From Gonapodya sp. JEL0774 (taxonomy: Eukaryota), in assembly GCA_027604505.1 (NCBI GenBank), contig JADIIX010000002.1, positions 124,001-188,000 of the forward strand: a stretch of 64,000 nt of DNA. Direction: 5' to 3'. Below are positions 1-13,100 of this stretch, piece after piece. Position numbers and translations under genes: made by a program. The notes beneath the pieces were generated by a model that did not search any database, had not been told where the DNA came from, and was given only the letters and a program-made list of their open reading frames with translations. The stretch's first letter is position 1. The number at the start of each line of letters is the position of its first letter.

Positions 1-545
1 TACAATGTCATTGTTCTTTCGGAGCAACTACACTCAAAACGAACTCCACTTACAAGGCGGTCAAGATGATTTAATCACTATCTGGCAATTCCGTGGGCGA
101 ATTCTAGCACGCTGTCAGGGACATTCGTCCTGGGTTACAAAGATCTCTTTTGATCCCTTCCGCTGTACTGACCGGAGTTATAGGTTCGGAAGTGTAGGGG
201 AGGATGCACGACTTTTGCTTTGGGACTTTGGAATGCACAGCTTGACTCGACCGAGGGGTGTAAGTCGTTCGGATAAGTTCGTTGCACGTCTACACTGCCA
301 ATGCCTTTGATATCCAGCCGAAAAGCCGACAGCGTGTCGAACCCGACAAGAAACCCATCCCAGGTGACACCTCTGGAGCCACAGTTCATCTTGCACTTCC
401 CCGAGCGGAAGTGCCAATGATCGTCCCTACGGTATCCAAGCACGTGCATGCTGATCCAGTGTGTGGGCTTGTGTTCAGGGAGGATGCGATTGTGACCAGC
501 TGCAGGCAGGGCTTTGTTAAAATTTGGGGAAGACCAAAGGAGTGA
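1..545 (+). CDS. creC: WD40-repeat protein of the CreC/WDR20 family, 3' part only (runs in from the window edge)
   Basis: [10 protein letters not shown]...[18 protein letters not shown]...[17 protein letters not shown]. After an intron it ends [30 protein letters not shown], stop TGA at 543-545. This is the typical CreC/WDR20 C-terminus. Confidence 0.8.
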
Positions 546-825
546 AGGGTGTCTTGCCCACAATTGAATTTGGGGAAAGTATAGTCTTGACGCAAATAGG
601 AGGTTGAGTAGGCGTTATGGGATTGAACACTGCAGTTATGCATTTTTGACGCTGGTACTACGTCGATATCGTGTTAGTCGTACTAAAGTTTGTGTGTCAT
701 TGCCTCATTATAAAGCAGAGGCTTTGCTCTTGGCTAGTGATGTGCAAGTGACTTCGTTAGGTGATCGGTCAGTCGCTCAGTGCAGGCCTCACGGTAGCAA
801 CATTGTGGGACAACGCAACCCCATC

Positions 826-3800
826 ATGTCTGGACGAGAAGGGGAGCCCAAGAGTGCTGAAGGAGGTGGCGGTGGTGGTCATGCAGATTTGCCTCATCGG
901 GTCCAGCTGTCACTGTCCACATCGTCTAGTCCCCGAGATGCATCGGGTCGATTCCCTCCGCAACATCCGATCCGAGCTAAGACGCCTTCCGTGAACGCTC
1001 GATCTACTTTGCCTGGCAGTGTTCAATCGCCCCCCGGCAACCCCTCCTCTTCGTTCTTTGATCCCTCGTCACCTAGTCGACACATTGGTCTCCCCACACC
1101 ACAGACACCAAATTACCTCGGGAAACGCAAACATGACTATGCCAACTCAGAGATGAAATCTCGAGAGCGCGGACAAACCGCCTCGACGTCTGCAGGCCGT
1201 TCTCGAGACTCATCCACGATAACCACAAGTCCCAACTCGCCCCAGCAAATGCATTTCGGAAGGACCACGGCCCAGGATACACGGACCTCTGCAGCATCGC
1301 ATAGCTCTAAAACTGTGCAGCAGCAACGAAGCTCTGGTTTGTCGGCGACTGCTTCTCGGAAAAGGGAACGTAGTTCTGGAACACCTTTGCCTGCTGAGCG
1401 GGATCATTCGGCAGAACCTGATCAATCAATGATTCTCCCGGTTTCTCTGTTGAATTCTGGGGCGTACAAGGGTAGTACCGGCACCCTTTACAATGTGCTT
1501 CAGTTTAACCCGCAAACAGTCGCAGCTATGGTGAACACAATGAATGGCGATGATACAGAACGAATACGACGGGATGTTGGCGTATCATTACCCACTCCTC
1601 AAAGACTGGTCGAAGCTTATTCAGACCCAAGCGCGTGGGTTACGTCTGTTCCCAAGTTGCCAGCGGCAGGTCAGAGAGCTCCCGGTGCAGTGGGGTCAGC
1701 GGGCATCTCAAAAGGTCGTGTTACTCGACAATTCACATCTCCTTCCTCTCGAATCGAGCTCTCTTCGCAACAACATCTCCCTTTCAAAATTGGGAGACAA
1801 CAGTTGGGACCCTCGAACCCATATAGTGCCGTCCCGGATGCTGCGTCTGTTGTTCCAATTCCGGATCCCACGCTGGTCGAACTCGATCCGAGTCATGGAA
1901 TTGGTTATAAGCTTGTCTCTAATTTTGATCGAGCAATATCCACAGATGATATTGTACCCGGACCAGAACAGGAGCGATCTCTTGTGCGGGCAAAAGCAAG
2001 GACTCAGTCCCGAACTCGCCGCACGACTCAATCCCCCGCTCAGTCACCACCCCCAGCTCGAAGGAATGTGATGGATGAGAAGGACAGTAATCCCTCGTCC
2101 ACAGCAAACCCGACATTTGCAGTTGAACGAACCGATAGTGAATTGATACGAGCTCAGATCCAAGTCTTGTGCAGTGGTTCATCAGCAGCAACGATATCTG
2201 CAACAGACACGTTGCTGTCCATGCTTTCTGGCTCGGATTCTGGAGGGCATGTCGGGTCACACAGGGAGCTGTTGGCCAAAGCCATGGCAAGGGAAGGTAA
2301 AGAATAATCGCAGCCATTTCGCTGTGCTCGAGCTCACAACTTAATTAACGGTACTTTAGGTGTGCCTTCAGCTTTATTAGAGCTTTTAAAACGACACACA
2401 GATCCAGAAGTCCACGTTATCTGTTGTAAGCTTTTGAAGGAACTATCAACTGTTGCAGGTGAGTGAAAGGCTTGGGGCATGAGATGTTAATGTTTTCTGA
2501 TTTCACTTACAACCAGAAGTCACTGTGGGAGCGACATCCGACTTTCGAACGTTGCTTGATACTGTTCTACTCTTGGCGAAAGGTCAGTGATGATTGAGAG
2601 GTCCTGAGAATTTCGGTGTTTGATGTTTCTTACCAACAGGTCATAAGTCAATGAAGCCTCAACGCGCTAACATTTCCAACCTTCCGAACAATGGCCGCAG
2701 AACAGTAGCGCTCTCTGGTGGCAGTACCTCCGCGGTGGCCAGTGTGAATGACTTGTCATCTAGACCACGGCGGAACAAACTGGGCACGGGCGGATCCGTA
2801 CCTATGCTCTCTTCGGCATCGTCCATGGAACAGTTCTCGACAAAACGTGTAAATCAAAAGAAGCTTGCCGATTCTCAAACCTTTTCATCGACGGACCGCT
2901 TAGTTGGAAGTCGACAAAAGCTCAAAGATAGCGGGCATGCATTGACGAGGGCTGGTGGGAGTGTAAACAACCTACGCAAAACTAACAGCCGATCAGACTT
3001 GCTCAGCCATCCTCTCGTGCCCAAGACGAGCGAGTACGGAAACAATGTTTTATCTGGCCTCATTGACCGTTATATGGAGCCGAAGTTTCTTCGTGACTTG
3101 GAGCGAATGGACCGAACCAAGCGCACCGACACTATTAGACATCTACTTTCCCTCTTCTCGAAAATTGGTCACCTCCTGACGGTGGGAAACTACACTTCTC
3201 TGGATCAAGATCTTGAGGGATCGCTGGAAATGATGTTGCGAGAAGGCGGTGCCATGGTCGGTGCTGAGTTCGCCTTTGTATACCTGGTTGATCGCGAAAC
3301 TGGGGGGCTTGTCGCCAAGCAGTTCAACTTGAACCTCACTGCAAAAGAGAAAGAACTTTTTCAAGCAACGAAATATCCGGCTGGAACTGGGATCGCTGGC
3401 CATGTTGTTGTAAATGATGTGGTTATCAATTTGACGGATCCGGCGGAGCATCCCCTTTTCGATATAGAAGTGGATACTGGAGGAACAGGGGCCCCAATCC
3501 ATAGTATTCTCTGTGTTCCCATAAAAACTCGTGGTGGCTCCGTCAAGGGTGTCATTGAGGTTGTCAACAAAACCGCTGCCCTCGGCGAAGCGAAACCTGG
3601 AGTACTACCTTCATTCAACAGCGACGAAGAATTTCTACTCAGCACACTCGCAGGATATGCGGGTACAATAATTGATATTCACGAGCACTACGAAGCCGTG
3701 ATGAGGGCTCAAAAGAAGGTCGAGGTTTTGTTGGATACGACCAACAGACTCTCGAGTACTCTAGATCTGAACACGCTCATTCAGCGGATTATGGCAGCTG

Positions 3801-6056
3801 CGCGAGAGCTGCTTCAGGCGGATCGTTGCACCTTGTTCTTGGTCGATAATGAACGAAAACAGCTCTGGAGTCATGTACAAGGGAGGGACGGGCTACAAGA
3901 GATTCGATTCAATATGTCCGTTGGAATAGCTGGTTACGCGGCTACTGAAGGAGGTACGTTGGCCCATTCGTTAATGCCTTGGGAGTGGCTGATCCTTTAA
4001 GGAATTCTTCTAGTGTCGGTGAACATTACTGATGCGTACAAAGACCCTCGCTTCAATCCTGAAATTGATCGACAAACCGGTTATCAAACAAAGCACATAC
4101 TCGCCATGCCGATTAAAAACAGTGCCGGAGCGGTCTTAGCCGTAACACAAATGGTGCGCAAAAGTTACAAGACGTTTTTCATTGGAGCTTCAAAATATTG
4201 AAACCTTGCTTTCCTTTGCTATAATCAGATTAACAAGAACAACGGTGCCGGTCCATGCTTTGGTCCTGATGACGAAAGACTACTCACAGCATTTTCCGCT
4301 CAAGGTAAGCAAGCATGGTCTGGGTATGATGCATCCGTAATGATACTGACCGGGGGCGCTTTCCCCTCAAAGCGGCTGTTGCACTTGAAAAGGCTGAGGT
4401 TTTTAAAGCAACCGAGGAGATGAAAGTGTTTTTACAGGTAAGTTGTCTCCGGTTCTTGAGTTGACAATTTGGCTGAACGTTTTGCTACAACCAGGCTGTT
4501 CTAAAATCGATCACCAACTGCGTGATTACTTTGTCTGAAACTTTGCGGATGGTGAGACTATGAAGGAGACGGTGGTGCCTGCGCTTATACTTACATTGAC
4601 ACTTCCCCAATAGACATCAATGAATCGTCCATGGGTTATGGAAGCACTGGGTGTCAGCGAGCAGTTTATGCGTGACCAGACCATTGACCAATGGCTGGCC
4701 GATACAAATCCGCATTTGCTTAAAGATATAAAGCAGGTCTACAAGTCAGATCAGCCTACCTACACATCTGAGTACGAGCTCAAGGTAAGAAATCTTCAGT
4801 TAAACAAAAATTATGACTCAGTCATCAATATGAAGCGAATCTTAGGGCCCGAACAAATCAACCTTTGTTAGCTACCAAATCATGCCTCTGCAGAGCGGAG
4901 GAAAAGGTCTTGTGCTTGTCTTTGAAAACATATCGAGCGAAAAGCGTGCCATACAAACGCTGGGTCGATATATGAATCCTGCCCTGGTGAAGCAGGTGAT
5001 GCAGGAAGGTGGAACGCAACTTGGTGGAGTGCGAAAGAAAGTAGCAATTTTGTTCAGCGATATCCGGAGCTTCACTTCCATAAGGTGCGTTTGGTCTAAT
5101 TCCCATACAATGAACAAATCCTGAGACAGTGATCAGTGAGAGCCTCGAGCCTCATGAAGTTGTTGCACTGCTCAACCACCACTTCAATGATGCTGTCAAT
5201 GCTATAATGGCAGAACAGGGGATTCTGGATAAGTATATCGGTAGGTGTAGATTTTTATCTCCAAAGAGCCATTGGTCTGAAATGCATTCCCGTTCAGGGG
5301 ATGCTGTGATGGCCGTTTTCGGAGTCCCATTTGTCAGTCCAGAAGACTCCATTCATGCATGCGCTGCTGCATTGAGAATGAAAGAGGCCTTGCGATTATC
5401 GAATGAGACCCGAATGGCTACAGGACAGAAAGTGATCAAGGTCGGTTATTACTAATTACGGAGGCGCAAGATTCCTAGCTTAACTTTCACCGCCGATTGC
5501 AATCTAGATCGGAATTGGAATCAACACTGGAGAAGTTTTATCGGGTAATATTGGGAGCGAGAAGCGTTTAGAGTTCTCTTGCATTGGGGATGCAGTGAAC
5601 TTGGCGTCACGTGTGGAGGGATTAACGAAATATTGTAAGCGAGGTTAAGTTAGCTGTCCGATTTCACCACTGAGTCTTCGTTTCACTTTAGATGGTGTCT
5701 CAATTCTTGTCACGGAGTTTACTAAAGCGGACAGTGGTGATGCATTCTTTATGCGCGAGGTCGATACTGTCGTTGTCGTTGGCAAAAAGAAACCCATACG
5801 GCTGTTTGAGGTTGTTGCTCGCCGAGGGGAGGAAAAGCAGTTGCCCTTTGAACAACTACGGACGTTCGATTTATATATTGAAGGACTCAAGTTATACCGC
5901 AATCGCAAGTTCCAAGAGGCCAGTGAGCGATTTACACGTGCGATCGACTTAACAAACGATGGACCCAGCAAAACGCTGTTGAATCGGTGCAAACATTATC
6001 TGGTGGATCCACCTGGGGACGATTGGAACGGCGTTTATGCATCGACGGAGAAGTGA
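826..6056 (+). CDS. Class III adenylyl cyclase: long Ser/Pro-rich N-terminus, tandem GAF domains, PAS-like domain, catalytic domain and C-terminal TPR (roughly a dozen introns)
   Basis: [12 protein letters not shown]...VIEVVNK...[20 protein letters not shown]...[28 protein letters not shown]...MINK...FGPDDE. Spliced catalytic motifs: [30 protein letters not shown]...[29 protein letters not shown]-like end: [17 protein letters not shown]...[13 protein letters not shown] at 826 is in frame with ORF 604..2307. Confidence 0.85.
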
Positions 6057-6354
6057 TTCGTACTATATATTTAGGTTAATTATTTAGATTTTATATAGCA
6101 ATTTTGACATATATGGGAGTCATGGTCGCATCAAAAGCTGATCAAATGTTCGGAGAACAGCCAACACTAGCAAGGTTGGAAACTTTGCGATGGTTGTTGA
6201 GGTTGTGGGGTGGGGAGAAACAAAACATAGACATAATTTTTCATTCTACTCATGGCAAGTAATCTATCATCGGAGGTGGAGAAAACCCTAACGTGGTCCT
6301 ATAATCCCCACGACATAGGTATGATCGGAAAGACGGTTCTTTCTACCACTTCTC

Positions 6355-8370
6355 CTAGACATCAAGTAGCATCTTCCTCGGGTCCTCAATATACTCCTTC
6401 ACTTTGACAAGGAAGGTGACGGCCTCACGACCATCAATTATCCGGTGATCGTAAGTGAGAGCGAGGTACATCATTGGACGAACTTCGACCTAAAAGATCG
6501 TGAACACGGTTCAGGTGAAGCCAGTCTTCAAATGCGAGAAGAGCGATGGCTCACTTTGCCATTCACCACTACAGCGCGGTCCTTTGTGGCGTGCATACCG
6601 AGGATGGCGGCCTGGGGCATGTTAATGATGGGCGTTCCGAACAGGGAGCCGTAGACACCACCATTAGAGATGGTAAAGGTGCCACCAGTGAGATCCTCAA
6701 TGGTGATGAGGTTATCGCGCGCCTAAATCCGGTGAAAGATCATCTGATCAATCAGTGCTTATGGTGTTTGAATCAACTGAGAGAGAACGCCACCTTCTTC
6801 CCCAGTGCCGCAATAGCCTGCTCAATCTGCACCAAGTTCATCTTCTCGGCGTTCCTAACAACAGGGGTCACGAGACCCTTGGGAGTGGCGACAGCCACAG
6901 ACACATCCACGTAGTCCCTGAGTGTGAGAATAGTGGTTACCGCAGATAAACTACAACAAGAAGATCCTTTACACACACCTGTACACGATCTCTGTGCCCT
7001 CAATGGCGGCATTCACTTCTGGTACGGCTTTGAGAGCCGCGCATGTCGCCTTCACAAACGGTGACATGAAGCCGAGACGCACATTGTGCTCCTTCTCCAC
7101 ATAGCCTTTGTATTTGTTGCGGAACTCAATGATGTTGCTGAAAGCGTGGAGAAAACGATCAGCACTATGTCATTCGGCGCTTAGGAGGCAGACAACACCA
7201 ACGTCATATCCACTTCGTTGAACGTTGTAAGAGACGCTGCGGTGTTTTGCGATTCTTTGAGTCGCTCGGCAATCCTCAAACGCATCCGATTCATTTTGAC
7301 CTGCGGGGATTAAATGTCCAAAAGAGCAACAAAATCTCAGATGGTATGCTTCCAGTCTGCAAGAGACCACGCGTCTCATCGCACTCACACGCCTCTCTGA
7401 GCGGTCACCAGCAGGAGCAGCAGTTGCAGCTGGTTGAGGGGCTGCCACAGGCGCTGGGGGAGGTGCAACAGGCTTCGGCGGGGGAGGTGGAGGAGCTGTT
7501 ACCGCAGGTGAAGGAGCTGCTGCAGCGGTGGGAGCAGGGGCCGGCGGCTCAGCGGCTTTGGGCGCTGGGCTTGGTGCGGCTCCAGTAGTCGCTTCCGGAT
7601 CGATCTTGAAGAGGTTGCCGCCGACCTGAACTGTATCACCTTCGTTGGCGAATAGTTCTAATATCACGCCGGCGTCAGGGGAGTTGATCGTGACATCAAC
7701 CTACACCATGTGAAAGGAGAGACCAAAGAATCAATCCTGGCTGGCCTGGCTGAATAAAAACTGAATAGCAGTGAAGACGGACCTTGTCGGTTTCGATTGT
7801 CGCTACTGGTTCATCTTTTGCGACAAAGTCTCCAACCTCTAACGAACAAATGAAAACAAAGGAGTAAAGTTCGGAGACCGCCGTTCGTACAGAGAAAAAG
7901 AGTGGTGGAAAGTTCCACGACATCAGGGATCGTCGCCGTCCCTGATGACCCAAATTGAGAGCCCTCAACTCACGTTTGAGCCACTTAGACAGGGTTCCCT
8001 CGGTGATGGATTCCGCCATTTGAGGCGTCTTAACGATTTTTTCAGCATAGCCGCGGCGTTGGGGGAGTGGAGAGGGCAAGGGCTTGATGATGGAAGTGCT
8101 GAGCGAGTGGTGAGTGGGTGAACAAATGCAAAGGTGAAGCAATACACATGTGAGTTAAAAAATTTACACAAAACACACGATCAGAAAGCAGGTCCCAATT
8201 TTCTTCTCTCACCGTGGCAGTGCTTGGCGGCGTTGTGTGGGCAACGATGACCACGACCGTTTGGACAGCGCGACTGTTGCACCACCCAGTTTCGACGGCA
8301 CCGACTGGACAGAGGCGGAAAGTAGCGGCGTCACTTGGCGAGGTGCGCACCGCGATATGCGTGCTGCCAT
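6355..8370 (-). CDS. KGD2: Dihydrolipoamide succinyltransferase (2-oxoglutarate dehydrogenase E2), mitochondrial
   Basis: Arg/Ser-rich presequence [12 protein letters not shown]. Lipoyl domain [12 protein letters not shown]...[15 protein letters not shown]. Ala/Pro linker. Catalytic domain [43 protein letters not shown], ending [10 protein letters not shown]. Confidence 0.95.
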
Positions 8371-8573
8371 CGATGGGGTGTGGTGAATGTGGTGTGGGGT
8401 AAAGACTCGAGATTCCCGGCCGGGTTCTTTTCTATCCAGCCTGAGCCACACGGTCCGGGAGAAGTTTCCCCCGTCACGATTCACTATTCCTCCAGTGCAA
8501 GTTTCTTTGCTATGTTATTACCGATACTGATGCACTTATTACAACTATTTTGCTTGTATTTGACTATTGGTTT

Positions 8574-10028
8574 CTACCCGAAACCTTCCGACCCCCTCGA
8601 CACGGCAATGCCCAGGGCTACCTTCTCTCGCCCATTTAGCCACACCCGTTCGACTTCGACATCCACGTCCAATGGCACAGTTCCATTGTGGGCCATCGCC
8701 CGGGACAACTCTTTCTCGTCGACGTTCCGGGGCACGTAAAACACACACATACCACACCGTGGCGGCAAAAACCGTCTCACGAGATCAAAGCCGTTGACTG
8801 GTGTAGGGGAATCACGAGGGGGTTGGATGGTTATCGAAGAGAGATCAAATATCGATTGTGATTGATATGAGGGTCCACCCCAGGGTGGCGAGAGGAAGAT
8901 AATAGAGGACGGATGTCTTTATTCGTGAAGCATTCAGGGCGCATATCAATTCGGTGAGCAGTGATGCCAAGGGTACCGGAAAAAGTGAATCGGGAACAAC
9001 TTACGTGAGTGTCGGGATGATATCAAGGCAGTTCCCATGTATGAATTCAATGCGGTCCGTTACTCCTACGAATTCGAGGGGACAGAAGTGAAGAGTCTCA
9101 GACAATATGTGTGCTAGACACATTTTAAAGGGTTTCTCACCGTATATTCGAGCATTCTCACTAGCACACTGTAATTTGAGTTCGTCGATGTCGATGGCAA
9201 TGACTATGTGACAACACATAAAGGAGAGTCAGGCAGCTTTGCTCGTTTGACCAGTCGCAGTCCCTCCTTGTTTTCACGCTGGACCTTGTCCACGAACACT
9301 CCCTTGGGCATGCTTCCATAGACGAAGATTCATGACCGTTTAAACATGGATGGAATCCTTCAGTCAACAGAACTCATCGAGTCATCGGATGGGGATCCTT
9401 CACTCAAACCGAGAAACGTTCAGAACTCGCAAGTTCGTCGAACCTATGTATTCACCTCGTGCAAAACGAGCTGCAAACTGAATTGCGTTCCCTCCTGTGC
9501 CACAGAATGCATCAATGACTGTAGCGGACGAGGACGCTCCCTCTCCCTTACGACTGTCGACGACGCCGGCACAGCGGTCGGCGATGTAGCGGCCGACGGC
9601 TTCTGGAGTGACTGAATACCTGTTGGATGACAGGGGCATAAGAGACTAGAAGCGAAAAAGAACCATCCTTTAGAACAGCGAGGACCGATGTCGCACCAGC
9701 TCTCTATACATTCAAGGAGGCTGGAGGTTAGCGAGGAGCCACAGGATTCTTTTGTAAGTACGACGTTATCTTCGGACCTTTATCCATCCAGATCCCTTCC
9801 AGTGAACCCAAAATTAAAGACAAACGAGAATCAGAAAATTGGATGATCCCTCCGTAAAGTACCTTTAAGCTCACCGTTGTCGAAGCGGGACCACAGGCTG
9901 TAGCGCGCTGCCCAATACTTCTTTAGTTCGGGAGGCATGCTCGCATATGTCCAGTTCAGGACTTTTGTAGATTTGTCTTCGTTGCCATCAACGTTTGCAG
10001 ATGAAATTGCTCGTCGTTTTTTGCCCAT
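8574..10028 (-). CDS. TGS1: Trimethylguanosine synthase (RNA cap hypermethylase)
   Basis: [31 protein letters not shown] (assembled through 18-nt and 7-nt exons), VIDAFCGTGGNAIQFA, VIAIDID, IFLSPPWGGPSY, YVPRN. The 3' end is approximate. Confidence 0.92.
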
Positions 10029-10166
10029 TATGTTCAGTCTTTGGTGAAGTCTTCCAAAACTGACATGTGTTGCTGTGTGTGTAGCGCCCCTTTCCCTTGA
10101 ACCGTGCGGACCTCAGTACATACCAATTGTAGCCGCCTTTACCGTCCACGACGAGAATCCGCCCAG

Positions 10167-13100
10167 ATGGATTTACACGAGCAACTTCTCGAACTTGACG
10201 ACGGATCAATCGAAATCCAGGACGAATTCGATCCAGGATCGGCGCCAGAAGAAGTCGATTTCCGTCTAAACGGCGAGTCAAACCCCCCACCGCTTTCTGC
10301 TCTCCGCGCTCCCGTTCGCTGACTCGCAAGTTTTCCCCTGCCGCCAATTCTAGAGCTCGTTGACTCGATCGAGGATGATCCATCAAACGTCGCCGATCAA
10401 GCGACCTACGATCTGTTCCGAAGCTTGCTGAAGTGAGTTGGCGCCCGCTTGGATACGGGAATCCGCAGCGAGGGGCTGGTTTTCCCTTCCTTGGCTCCCA
10501 TTTTTTTGCGAAGAATCGCCCTCAAGGCCTCCCTATGTCCTTTGGGTGGCTGCCACTCGCGTAGGCATTTCGACAAGCTAACACCAGAACACCGCTCCAA
10601 ATTGGCCATTACAGTGGCATCTGGTGAGTGCATTTCAAACTCCTTACAGTGTTTAATTGCTAGGAGATTGTCTTGTTTGGTTGCGACGTGGACAACACTC
10701 AGGAGGAAGTTTCTGGTGGTTCCGGGGAGACCATAAGTTGCTCTGACGCTTTCCTTCCTCGCTTGTGTGACTTTATTTGAATCTAACTTATCAATCTCTC
10801 AGCCATAACATCCCTTACTGCCCTTTTGACAACATCTCTCGCCTCTGATTCCACGGACGCGTTCCGCTCTCTCAAGGATCCCGTATCGGCCGCCGCATTT
10901 CTCGCCCACTGGCTTCTCCGCCAAGGAGAGCGTGTCACAAAAGCTGAACTAGTGCAAGCGGGAGCTGCCACAACAAGCACTGGTAAAGCTGTAAGTTCGT
11001 TTCGCCCGATTCATCCGAATACGAATCCGAGTACCTCACCGCTCAGCCGTTACTTCCAAACCAGACAAAGGGTACGGGTAAAGGCAAGAAGAAGGCAATC
11101 GTCGCACCGGATGAAGGATGGGACTGGTCAGGGCTGCGGGAGCGAGTCCTGAGGGCAGCCAGAGCCTTGCTGGCATTGGATCTTGGAAGGGTGTTTATAT
11201 CCACTGCAGAAAGGGACGGCATTGTGAAGTGAGCTTGAGGTTAATCAGTATTTTTGCGAATCGTCTGAGGGTTAAACTGTTGCTGGTGGCATGTTTCGAT
11301 TCTTCTACTATTCACTGAATTACCAGCTTGTTCACGAAACCCATATACCAACTCATGGAGGACAAGGATGCCATTAAACAACTCCCAGTCGACACCGCAC
11401 TCCATGTGCTTTGCATTTGCGTCGCCAAGCACGGACATGGCTTTGGTACGCTCCGTGGCGGGCAGTGTACCCGGTGACTCCCGCGCACTCACTCACCGGA
11501 CCACTCGCACCGCCATGCTTTCTTTTCTAGGCGCGAAAACCACCATTTTCTTGAACCTCACTTCCTACGATCACCTTTCGGAACTGATGGCGGAATTTTT
11601 GCACACCCTTGCTTCAAATCATGGGCACGTCGAACTCGCGGACGAGGTTCTGAGGTGAGATGGCAGCGGCTCCTCCCGAGTTTGAGTGAGAGAGTAGTCT
11701 CTTAAGTTACATACCTCCCTTGCCGACCCGGAATCCAGGGACATTGGGCAGATGGACTTCAACGTCAACGAGGGCGAGGGTCTGTCTGCACGATCCACTG
11801 TCCCCAAGTCCTTCGCAAGCTTCCTCATCCGTCTCTCAACACTCAGCCCTCGAATTGTTCTCAGACAAATGGCTATGTTGCAGAACCTGCTTGATGCCGA
11901 GGTGCGGGACCCCTCTCTAATGTTGCAAATTTTCGTCCGTGTGCTCACCAAACTGCGCGTCCACAGTCATACACGATTCGATCCGCCTTCATCGAGGTCA
12001 CTGGTACTCTTATAGAGGCCACCTACGGTGACAGCGAAGATCGAAAAGCTGCAGATACACGGCTCGCGCAGTTCTGGGAAGTTGTCCTGGAGCGCACTCT
12101 CGACAGCAATGCATTCGTGAGGGCCAAAGTCATGCAGACCATTCAAAAGATGGCCGGGTGAGTTTGAAATGACTGTCGTTTCAGACAACGTTGTACCAAC
12201 CCCCCTCTCTCTAGCCTCATAAGTCGTGCCCCAAGTCAGTCTCCACGATTTGGTATTCCACTCAACCGCCGCCATCAGGTGGTGGATGCGGTCATCGGTC
12301 GCCTTAGAGACAAATCCTCCATTGTTCGGAAGAACGCAATCAGAACGCTAGCGTACCTCGTTGAAAGCCATCCCTACGCGATTCCCGGAGTAGAAAGACG
12401 GAGTTTGAACATGAAAAGGCTCACAGAGCAGAGAGAGGTTGTGGAAGGCATGCTCAAAGTGCGTAACTTGGATGGTCCTTTCCCGTTGGGACCGATAATC
12501 GTGATCAGTCATTTTCTAGGTGTTTATGAAAAGTGTGGAGGGCGAGGTGCCCGAACTGAAAGCCATTTCAAGTGAAAGGCGGAAGGTACCCGTTAACGAT
12601 GAAGGGCCAAAGAACGAAAGTGTGAGCAACGATGCAGAGGAGGGAAACTTCGAGCACGGCGCGACGGTCGATGAAACGGACGAGGTGGAGAAGGATGAAG
12701 CAACTCGAAATCCAGAACCCGCGCCTGCCGACGACGAAGACGACAATCCTGCCGACGACGATGTGGATCTCGATCTTGATACGGACGTGAATTTTTTCGC
12801 CGATCCTTCTTCGTTGGATAGTAACGACCCGGCGGTCGATATTTTGAGCCGCAAGATTCCCATGCTAAAGCTCACTCTTCGGTGGCTCAACGATGCTCAG
12901 AGACTCGCTCGGCAACTGGAACACGCCTCATCCACTCTGTGTGTACTGCTCGCGTCAAAGTCAAAGCCCGAGGTCATAGAATCCATGGACGTCTTTGTGG
13001 TTATGAATCACTTTAATATGGATTGCGCGGCCGTGAGTTTTGGTGGAAATGGTCTTGGACCAGAATGGCTGTTCCTCACCCTGGTCCCTTGTTCCAGGAA

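Noticed and set aside
5030..5640. The cyclase as a guanylyl cyclase, or a rhodopsin-cyclase of the BeGC1 type
   Set aside because: The specificity residues are Lys and Ser (DKYIGD, FSCIGD) rather than Glu and Cys, and there is no transmembrane opsin domain.
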